From Gemmatimonadota bacterium (GTDB taxonomy: Bacteria; Gemmatimonadota; Gemmatimonadetes; Palauibacterales; KS3-K002), in NCBI GenBank assembly GCA_039588015.1, contig JBDHAS010000183.1:1-18159 (forward strand): a stretch of 18,159 nt of DNA, written 5' to 3'. Positions 6,845-13,746 of this stretch are shown here, in pieces (the stretch's first letter is position 1; every line of letters begins with the position of its first letter). The position numbers and the translations under genes were made by a program. Below the pieces are notes generated by a model. That model ran no database searches and was not told the DNA's origin. It worked only from the letters and a program-made list of their open reading frames with translations.

Positions 6845-7528
6845 ATGCTTGGCTTCTATATCCTCGCGGCGATGCTTGGGGGCGGTTTATTGCTCTTCTC
6901 CGTGATCAGTGGGGCGCTCCACGGTGTCGGCGACGTGGACGTCACCGGTGTGGACGTCGCGGGTGTGGATGCGGACGTACCGCATCTCGATGTGGATGTG
7001 GGCCACCTGGATGTCGATGTCTCGGGTGGTGACGTCGATGTCGCGGGCGCCGATCACGATGTCCATGTCAGCCATGACATGCCCGGACAGTTGGTGCTGG
7101 GCTTTTTCCGACCGCGGAACCTGATCTTCTTTCTCACGGCCTTCGGTCTCACTGGCACGCTGCTGACTGTGACCGGAGGTACCCCCAACACCACGCTGAC
7201 GCTGTCGCTGGTGATGGGTGGCGGCGCGTGGCTAATGACATACGGGGTTTTCACGTGGCTGCGGCGCAGTGAGAGCCTGATGGACGCGGTCAGCGAGGTC
7301 GAGATCGAGGGATGCCCGGGCCGGGTCGTATTGCCCCTGGCGCCGGGCGAGCCGGGGCGTATCGCGTGCGTGGTGGCGGACAGAGAGTTGTATCTGACGG
7401 CCCGTCTGGCTCCAGAGGTGTCCAAGACGCTCGAGGCCGGCAGCGAGGTCGTCATACTACGGTTCGAAGGCGGAGTGGCGGAGATCATTCCGTTTGACAC
7501 ACTAGAACTCCCCCCAGCAGAAAGGTGA
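6845..7528 (+). CDS. NfeD/YqiJ-like membrane protein: three TM helices plus a C-terminal OB-fold NfeD domain. An unusual (Asp-Val)n/His low-complexity loop lies between TM1 and TM2.
   Basis: C-terminal OB-fold matches NfeD (EVEIEGCPGRVVLPLAPGEPGRIACVV...GSEVVILRFEGGVAEI). Three hydrophobic helices. SD GGGGGAG 6 nt upstream. Immediately followed by a flotillin gene, as in the yqiJK / yuaF-floT pairs. Confidence 0.75.
   Translation: MLGFYILAAMLGGGLLLFSVISGALHGVGDVDVTGVDVAGVDADVPHLDVDVGHLDVDVSGGDVDVAGADHDVHVSHDMPGQLVLGFFRPRNLIFFLTAFGLTGTLLTVTGGTPNTTLTLSLVMGGGAWLMTYGVFTWLRRSESLMDAVSEVEIEGCPGRVVLPLAPGEPGRIACVVADRELYLTARLAPEVSKTLEAGSEVVILRFEGGVAEIIPFDTLELPPAER
6919..7076 (+). repeat. In-frame tandem degenerate hexamer GAYGTS repeats encoding GVGDVDVTGVDVAGVDADVPHLDVDVGHLDVDVSGGDVDVAGADHDVHVSHD.
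   Basis: Read directly. Generates spurious antisense ORFs 6887-7075 and 6909-7124. Confidence 0.8.
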
Positions 7529-7537
7529 GGTAGTAGA

Positions 7538-8797
7538 GTGGATCCGAATACCGGCTTCATACTCGGGTTAGTCGGCCTGGGCGTACTCGGAGCGCTCATC
7601 TTCACGGTGAGCTCGCTGATGGTTATCTGCCAGCCCAACGAGATGGTGGTGATCACAGGTCGCAAACGACTAACTGCGGACGGGCGACGCGCGGGCTATC
7701 GCCTGCTGCACGGTGGCCGAACCTTGCGGGTGCCGATCATCGAGCGAGTCTCGCGCATCGACCTGACGACGTTGCCGATCGAGGTGGTGGTCAGGAACGC
7801 GTACTCGAAGGGCGGTATCCCGCTGATAGTCCACGGCATCGCCAACGTGAAGATCAGCGCGCGTGATCCGATCTCGCACAACGCCGTGGAGCGAATGCTG
7901 GACAAGCCGTTCGATGAGGTGATGCAGATCGCCAAGGACACACTGGAAGGCAACCTCCGCGGTGTGTTGGCGACGCTGACGCCGGAAGAGGTGAATGAAG
8001 ACCGGCTGAAGTTCGCCCATAGGCTGATCGAGGAAGCGGACGAGGACATGAAGAAGCTGGGCCTCGACCTGGACACGCTGAAGGTCCAGAACGTCACCGA
8101 CGAGGTAAACTACCTGGACTCGATCGGCCGGCAGCAGACGGCGGAGATCCTGAAGAAGGCGCGAGTCGCGGAGGCTCAGCGTAGCTCGGAGGCGGAGCAG
8201 ACGGAAGCCTCGGCACGCAGGGCAGCGGAAATCGCCAAGATCGAGGCGGAGCTGGCCATCGTCGAGAAGAACAACCAGCTGCGTGTGCGGTCCGCCGAAC
8301 TGGAGGCGGACGCGCTGGCGAAGGAGAAGGCTGCCCCGGTAGCGGGCGAGAAGGCGAAGACGATCGCCGAGCAGGCTCTCCAGCAGGAGCGGATCGGGCT
8401 GGAGCAGCGCCGCCTAGAGGCCGACGTGCTGTTGCCAGCCCGGGCCGAAAAGGAAGCGGCGGAGGAGTTGGCGAAGGGCGTAGCCGCCTCGATCGTCGAG
8501 GACGGTAGGGCACGGGTCTTCGTGCTCGAGCAGATGATCAAGCTCTATCTGGGCGCGGGCAGCGATGCGGAGCGCATCTTCATTCTCAACATGCTGCCGG
8601 AGATCATCAAGGACATCGCGAAGACCGTCGAGGGCATCGATATCGACCGACTGACGGTGATCGATTCGGGCGAGGGCGCGGGTGTGGCCAGCACGGCGAA
8701 TCAGTTGCCGGCGGCGGTTATCAAACTGACGGAGCAGATAGAGTCGGCTACCGGGATAAACATTCTGAGCAAGCTCGGAAAGGGGGAGGCGGAATAG
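7538..8797 (+). CDS. floT: Flotillin-like SPFH/band-7 protein (FloT/YqiK type). N-terminal TM, SPFH domain, and a long Ala/Glu-rich coiled coil. GTG start.
   Basis: SPFH core: PNEMVVITGRK...LRVPIIERVSRIDLTTLPIEV...IANVKIS. Flotillin-type EA-rich coiled coil: AEAQRSSEAEQTEASARRAAEIAKIEAELA. SD GGTGAGG 7 nt upstream. Starts 10 nt after the NfeD stop. Confidence 0.85.
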   Translation: MDPNTGFILGLVGLGVLGALIFTVSSLMVICQPNEMVVITGRKRLTADGRRAGYRLLHGGRTLRVPIIERVSRIDLTTLPIEVVVRNAYSKGGIPLIVHGIANVKISARDPISHNAVERMLDKPFDEVMQIAKDTLEGNLRGVLATLTPEEVNEDRLKFAHRLIEEADEDMKKLGLDLDTLKVQNVTDEVNYLDSIGRQQTAEILKKARVAEAQRSSEAEQTEASARRAAEIAKIEAELAIVEKNNQLRVRSAELEADALAKEKAAPVAGEKAKTIAEQALQQERIGLEQRRLEADVLLPARAEKEAAEELAKGVAASIVEDGRARVFVLEQMIKLYLGAGSDAERIFILNMLPEIIKDIAKTVEGIDIDRLTVIDSGEGAGVASTANQLPAAVIKLTEQIESATGINILSKLGKGEAE

Positions 8798-8806
8798 AAG
8801 CGGGCT

Positions 8807-8848
8807 TTGAATGTCGAATAGTGAATATCGAGTGTTGAATGTAGAAGA
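8807..8848. repeat. Six tandem 7-bp units (ttgaatg tcgaata gtgaata tcgagtg ttgaatg tagaaga). Begins 10 nt after the flotillin stop. Same family as the 5297-5338 array; the preceding 18 bp (ggctttgaatgtcgaata vs ggcttcgaatctcgaata) match at 15 of 18 positions.
   Basis: Read directly from the sequence. Confidence 0.65.
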
Positions 8849-8880
8849 GCAGGTGTTGGGCGACGCTCGAGTTTGCTTCG

Positions 8881-10155
8881 TTATTCCAGTCCCTTCTTCT
8901 TGATGCGGCCGTCGGGCAAGACCGTCGCGCCCGTCTGCGGGAAGTCCAGGCGGCTGAGAGAGTCCACTAGGAAGTAACCTCGGGTAGAAGGGTCGCTGTC
9001 GACGATGCCGGGCGGCATCTGGTAGGTGGCGCGAAGGGCGGCATCTGAGGCACGGCCCGCTCCGTCTATGGACGTACAGGCGATCCCACCGCGGTTGTTG
9101 GGCTCGCTTTGGTTGAAGGGTCCATAGGTCAGCAGGTTTCCCAGCGAGTAGAAGACCAGCGCGTCGCCGCGCCATTCGGCGGCGCGTAGTACGTGGGGCC
9201 CGTGTCCGATCACCAGGGCGGCGCCGGACTCGACGGCGGCGTGGGCGAAGGCCACTGGGTTGCCGCGATCCTCACCGAGGAAGGTCTCGGTATCGTTTGG
9301 CGTCCGTTGAGCGCCTCGCCCTTCCGCCCCCATGTGGACCGAGACGACGACCCGTCGGTAGTTCGCGAAGGCCCTCGCTACGTGGCGGCGCACGGCGCTG
9401 AGATCACGAGCGTTGGGTCCCGCGCGGAACGTGCTGAAGCCGAGGACGGCAACGGTATCGCGGCCGTTGCCGGTCACGATCAGCGTCGGCAGCGTGTCGG
9501 CGCCGGTAACGGGGACGCCCGCGGCGCCGAGATTTCGGATCGTTGCGCGGAGCCCGTCGACTCCGGCATCGAGGGCATGGTTGTTTGCTACATTGCCGAC
9601 CGTGCGGGCGGGCTGCGCGAATTGCCCGAGTGCGCGGGCAACGGTCACCGGTTGCCGGAAGGCGTAGCAGGCGGTCGATCCTGGCCGGCATTTCGGCGGG
9701 GCGGGGCCCTCGCCGATGGCGCCTTCGATGTTGAGCAGCACGAGGTCGGCGTCCTCGATCAGCGGGCCCAGCGGAGCAAGCAGCTCATCCGGGTTCGGAT
9801 ACGGATCGACCGGCACGCCGATGCGCGTGGAGGCGCGACCGGCCCAGAGCGTGTCGAGGTTGTTGCCGAGGAGCACGTCCCCGCCGGCACAGACGCGGAC
9901 TATGCGAAGCAGAGCGGCGGCGTTGTCAGGCTCGGACGGCCTTCGCTCGGCGGCCTCCGGCTCGGTCAGGGGCTCGCTCACCTCGGCGGGCACCGCGACT
10001 TCGGCCTCGGCGGGCTTCTGGGCAACGGAATCGGGACTGGCGCTCTCGACCTCGGGCGGCGGCTCGACGGCCGGCTCCGTCCGTTGAGTCGGCGCGGCGC
10101 AGGCAACCAGCAGAGTGCATGCGAGGCTTCCGACCCGGTCGTAGCGGCTCTTCAT
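8881..10155 (-). CDS. capA: CapA/PgsA-family metallophosphatase-fold protein (poly-gamma-glutamate/capsule biosynthesis CapA family). Lipoprotein with a Pro/Glu-rich linker after the signal peptide.
   Basis: CapA-like motifs: GDVLLG, NIEGAI, VANNHALDAG, VSVHMGAEG, VIGHGPHVLRAAE, YSLGN. Signal peptide with lipobox LLVAC. Linker PEVESASPDS...EVSEPLTEPEAAE. Confidence 0.75.
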   Translation of the reverse strand: MKSRYDRVGSLACTLLVACAAPTQRTEPAVEPPPEVESASPDSVAQKPAEAEVAVPAEVSEPLTEPEAAERRPSEPDNAAALLRIVRVCAGGDVLLGNNLDTLWAGRASTRIGVPVDPYPNPDELLAPLGPLIEDADLVLLNIEGAIGEGPAPPKCRPGSTACYAFRQPVTVARALGQFAQPARTVGNVANNHALDAGVDGLRATIRNLGAAGVPVTGADTLPTLIVTGNGRDTVAVLGFSTFRAGPNARDLSAVRRHVARAFANYRRVVVSVHMGAEGRGAQRTPNDTETFLGEDRGNPVAFAHAAVESGAALVIGHGPHVLRAAEWRGDALVFYSLGNLLTYGPFNQSEPNNRGGIACTSIDGAGRASDAALRATYQMPPGIVDSDPSTRGYFLVDSLSRLDFPQTGATVLPDGRIKKKGLE

Positions 10156-10168
10156 GCCGAATTGCGGC

Positions 10169-11848
10169 TCAGCTCTCGGGTTTGGGAAACAGGACCGCCT
10201 GTCGCAAGACGCCGCGTCCGGCTAGATCGAGCTCCGGGCAATCGGCGAGCCGGGGTACGTCATCAGTGCCGCCGAGGGCCTGCCACATCTCCCGGCTCTT
10301 GCTTGGCATGAAGGGGCTGAGGAGGACGGCAAGCCGGCCCAGGGTCCTCGCCAGGCTGGCGAGCACGGCGTCGAGTTCCGCGCTTTTATCGGGGTCCTTG
10401 GCCAGCGCCCAGGGCGCGCTCTGCTCGATGAAACCGTTGGCGATGCCCGCCAACTCCATGGCTGCAGCCGCTCCTTGATGAAGCAGGTAGCCGTCCATCG
10501 CCTGGCGGTAGGCGTTCAGCGTCTCGAGAGCGTGCTGGTCTAGCGCGGTCACGACGCCGGTGGGCACCGTGCCGCCCCTGTACTTGTTGATCATGCCTAG
10601 CACACGGTTCGCTAGGTTGCCGAGGTCGTTGGCGAGCTCGGCGTTGTAGATGTCGTCGAAACGCTGCCAGGTGAAGTCGGCGTCGCCGTTCCAGGGTACC
10701 TCACGCAGCAAATAGTAGCGGAGTGGCTCCGGGCCGTAGCGTTCGATGGCGCCATCGAGGGTGACGGACGCGCTGGCGGATTTCGAGAGCTTGCGGCCGC
10801 CCCAGTGGATGTAGCCGTGTGCCCACACGGTCTTCGGCAGCGGGACTTCAGCCGCCATCAGCATGGCGGGCCAGATGATGCAGTGATGGCGCGTGATACC
10901 TTTGCCGATCACGTGAAGCTGCGCGGGCCATCGTTCGGTGTAGTGATCGTCGGGGAATCCGACGGCGGACAAGTAGTTGATGAGCGCGTCGTACCAGACG
11001 TAGACGGCGTGCTCGGGATTGCCAGGGAACCGGATCCCCCAATCGCGCTGCGGCCGCGAGACACTGACGTCCTGGAGCCCTTCCTCCAGGACGTTGCGGA
11101 TCTCGTTGCGCCGGATCTCCGGCTGGATGAACTCGGGATGTTCGTCGAGAAGATCGAGCAGCGGCTGCCGGAACGCCGAGAGCTTGAAGAAGTAGTTGTC
11201 CTCCTTGGTCCAGAGCACGTCGCGGTCCGGGTGCTCTGGGCAGCGGCCGTCGACCAGGTCCTTCTCCTGCTTGAAGCTCTCGCAGCGCTCGCAGTAATAA
11301 CCCTCGTAGGTGCCCTCGAAGATGTAACCGGCCTTCTGGGTGCGTTCGACCATCTCCGCGACGGCGCTGAGGTGACGCTCTTCCGTCGTGCGAATGAAAT
11401 CGTCATGGCTGATTCCCAGCCGGTCCCACGCTTCGGAGAAGACAGTCGCCATCTTGTCGACCCAGGCTTGCGGCGTGAGCCCAGCATCGGCGGCGGGCTG
11501 CAAGATGGTCTGCGAGTTCTCGTCCATCCCGATGACGAAGTGAACGTCGTCTCCGCACAGGCGCCGGTAACGAGCGATTGCGTCTGCGCCGATCTTCTCG
11601 AAAGCGTGTCCCAGGTGGGGGTCGCCGTTAGAGTAGTCGATGGCTGTAGTGATGTAGCCTCGAGGGACAGAATCCTCATCTCGCCGGTCGGACCCTTCAG
11701 CGTAACTCGATTGCCAAAGATATTGACCGCCTCGACCGTCTCCTCGCCCACTGTAGTCCTGACCTGCCGTCCCTCCTTGGGAAATCGCTTGCGGGCCTGT
11801 ACGTAGAAATCGTGCTCGAAGCGGAGCGAGCACATCAAGCGGCCGCAA
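10169..11848 (-). CDS. metG: Methionyl-tRNA synthetase: class I catalytic core plus anticodon-binding domain, no C-terminal dimerisation domain. The conserved protein starts only at about 11662 (PRGYITTAIDY). The only in-frame start codon is the ATG at 11848, which overlaps the PSP1 gene out of frame. The true start is unresolved.
   Basis: HIGH motif PHLGHA. KMSKS motif KLSKS. Zinc knuckle CERCES...CPEHPD. Anticodon-binding W..A motif. No ATG, GTG or TTG in frame between 11848 and the conserved YITT. Confidence 0.85.
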   Translation of the reverse strand: MRPLDVLAPLRARFLRTGPQAISQGGTAGQDYSGRGDGRGGQYLWQSSYAEGSDRRDEDSVPRGYITTAIDYSNGDPHLGHAFEKIGADAIARYRRLCGDDVHFVIGMDENSQTILQPAADAGLTPQAWVDKMATVFSEAWDRLGISHDDFIRTTEERHLSAVAEMVERTQKAGYIFEGTYEGYYCERCESFKQEKDLVDGRCPEHPDRDVLWTKEDNYFFKLSAFRQPLLDLLDEHPEFIQPEIRRNEIRNVLEEGLQDVSVSRPQRDWGIRFPGNPEHAVYVWYDALINYLSAVGFPDDHYTERWPAQLHVIGKGITRHHCIIWPAMLMAAEVPLPKTVWAHGYIHWGGRKLSKSASASVTLDGAIERYGPEPLRYYLLREVPWNGDADFTWQRFDDIYNAELANDLGNLANRVLGMINKYRGGTVPTGVVTALDQHALETLNAYRQAMDGYLLHQGAAAAMELAGIANGFIEQSAPWALAKDPDKSAELDAVLASLARTLGRLAVLLSPFMPSKSREMWQALGGTDDVPRLADCPELDLAGRGVLRQAVLFPKPES

Positions 11849-12717
11849 GCCCCGGAGATCTGCGAGGGGTTGAGCGACAGATTCTGGTCCTTTGCCAGCT
11901 GCAGCGTCACGGGCTTCAGCTCGGGGAGCCAGTTGGATGAACAGAGCTCGCGCCCACAGCGACCGACTCCGTCGAGCCGCTTCGCCTCGTCCCGGACGCC
12001 GATCTGCTTCAGTTCGATCCGCGTGCGGTACTTCTTGGCCAGGCTACGCACGAGGACACGGAAGTCCACCCGCTTGTCCGCGGTGAAGTAGATGATCAGC
12101 TTGTTCCGGTCCCACTGCCACTCGGCATCGCTGATCTTCATCTTCAGCTTGTGCTCCGCCACCATCTGCCGCACCTCGCGCCTGATCGCGGCCTCCTGGT
12201 CGCGAAGGTCCAGCGCTCTCTCGACGTCCACGGGAGCGGCACGCCGGAGCACTCTTTGGGGCGGCAGGGCGTTGACGTTGCAGCCCTCGCACGCCTCACA
12301 CTTCTTCTTGGCCAGCTCGCCTATTGCACAGACCAGGCCGAGGTCCTGACCGCGGTCCGCCTCGACTACCACGTATTCACGCTCCCGGACGCGTGGAGTG
12401 ACGTGTGCCGTGTAGAAATCGCTTCGCTTGCCCTTGAAGCGAACCTCGAGCAGCTGCGGGGGGGGACCCTTCTGGATTATGCCGTGAACGATGGGTTCGG
12501 AAGCCTCCGGGGCCTCGTCGCCCGGCGGCTCGCTGGCTTCCTGCTGCTCGTCGGTTATCCCGGGCTCGTCGGCGTCCGGCGACTCCTCGATTTCCCGCGC
12601 GTCGCCGACTTCCTGCGGTTCGCTGGCGTCTTGCGGTTCGCCTGCTTTCGTGGGTTCGCTGGCCTCTGGCGCACGTTCAATCACCCGCCCAAGCCCCCAT
12701 CTCGCGGTACTTCTCAT
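11650..12717 (-). CDS. ricT: PSP1 C-terminal domain protein (YaaT/RicT family). It has an approximately 75-aa acidic EASEP-repeat N-terminus. The 3' end is approximate. In the sequence as given the frame stays open to 10909, producing about 200 codons of S/T/R-rich junk that lie over metG out of frame.
   Basis: PSP1 motifs: YVVVEADRGQDLGLVCAIGE, KISDAEWQWDRNKLIIYFTADKRVDFRVLVRSLAKKYRTRIELKQIGVRDEAKRL, AKDQNLSLNPSQISGACGRLMCSL. Conservation ends around RILSLEAT. An alternative GTG start at 12684 would overlap accA by 8 bp. Confidence 0.75.
12480..12680 (-). repeat. Imperfect 21-bp tandem repeats on the plus strand (cggttcgctggcNtcctg-like). On the minus strand they encode 7-aa EASEPxx repeats forming the PSP1 acidic N-terminus.
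   Basis: ggttcgctggc and close variants recur at least 5 times at 21-bp spacing. The protein reads APEASEPTKAGEPQDASEPQEV...QQEASEPPGDEAPEASEP. Confidence 0.6.
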
Positions 12718-13639
12718 AGCGGCTGTTCAACATCTGCTCAATCGGCATACCTCGAAGCTCGGCGAGGTGTCGTTCCAGTGCCTCTTTGAGCAGCTGCGCG
12801 GCACCGTCCCAGTCGTCGTGCGCGCCACCCTCCGGCTCGCGCACCACTTCGTCGACGACGCCCAGCGCCTGTAGGTCGGGGGCTGTGAGCTTGAGGGCAG
12901 ACGCCGCCTTCTGGCGTACTTCTTCGGTGTTCTCTTTCCAGAGGATAGAAGCGCACCCTTCCGGCGAGATAACGGAGTAGATCGCGTACTCTAGCATGAT
13001 GATGCGGTCGGCGACGCTCAGCCCGAGCGCACCGCCGCTCCCGCCTTCGCCGATGACGGCGGCGATGATCGGCGTCTCGATCAGCGACATCTCGAGCAAA
13101 TTCCGGGCGATGGCCTCTGCCTGGCCGCGCTCCTCGGCGCCGATACCCGGATAGGCTGCGGGAGTGTCAATAAGTGTCACAACGGGTCGTCCGAACTTCT
13201 CCGCCGTTCGCATCATGCGAAGCGCCTTGCGGTACCCCTCGGGATGCATCATCGCGAAGTTGCGCTTCAGGTTCTCCTTCGTGTTGCGGCCCTTCTGCTG
13301 AGCGACAATCATGACCGACTCGCCGTTCAAGCGGGCCCACCCGGTGACCACGGCCGGGTCGTCTCGATATGCCCGATCTCCGTGAAGCTCGATGAAGTCG
13401 GTGAAGACGCGATCGATCATGTCGAGGGAATGCGGGCGCATCGGATGCCGCGCGATCTGCACGCGCTCCATCGGGGAGAGCGCCTGGAAGTTCTGGGCCC
13501 GTAGTTGCTCCAAATGGGCCTCCAGCTTCTTGAGCTCAGCTTCCACGTCGAGCCCCCTTGCGCTGGCCATCTCCTTCAGGTGCCCGATCTTGGCGACCGT
13601 CTCCTCGATTGAGCGCTCGAAATCCTGATGAGTTGCCAT
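12677..13639 (-). CDS. accA: Acetyl-CoA carboxylase carboxyltransferase subunit alpha. The true start is the ATG at 13639 (MATHQDFERSIEE...), not the TTG at 13693 used by the ORF track.
   Basis: Collinear with E. coli AccA from the N-terminus (DFEQPIAELEAKI versus DFERSIEETVAKI) through GYRKALRMM and VIGEGGSGGAL to SPEGCASILWK. Confidence 0.93.
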   Translation of the reverse strand: MATHQDFERSIEETVAKIGHLKEMASARGLDVEAELKKLEAHLEQLRAQNFQALSPMERVQIARHPMRPHSLDMIDRVFTDFIELHGDRAYRDDPAVVTGWARLNGESVMIVAQQKGRNTKENLKRNFAMMHPEGYRKALRMMRTAEKFGRPVVTLIDTPAAYPGIGAEERGQAEAIARNLLEMSLIETPIIAAVIGEGGSGGALGLSVADRIIMLEYAIYSVISPEGCASILWKENTEEVRQKAASALKLTAPDLQALGVVDEVVREPEGGAHDDWDGAAQLLKEALERHLAELRGMPIEQMLNSRYEKYREMGAWAGD

Positions 13640-13746
13640 AATCGCCGTTGCCGGTAACTGAGCGTAACACCGCGAAACTAAAGAAGATAGCAAAAAGAGA
13701 CGAATTGGACAGGTGAACCGCTACCGTGAAATCTAGCCGGAATCGG

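Noticed and set aside
8414-10311. Plus-strand ORFs 9193-10311 (372 aa) and 9413-9734, and minus ORFs 8414-9175, 9404-9691 and 9926-10120 over the capA locus.
   Set aside because: They are antisense or off-frame to the CapA family gene, which has clear motifs. Compositions are Gly/Arg-rich junk.
10909-11650. C-terminal ~250 codons of the 602-aa ORF 10909-12717.
   Set aside because: Beyond the PSP1 domain the frame runs out of phase across metG and yields S/T/R-rich low-complexity sequence. It is not a real extension. It is retained only as evidence that a stop is missing at the PSP1/metG junction.
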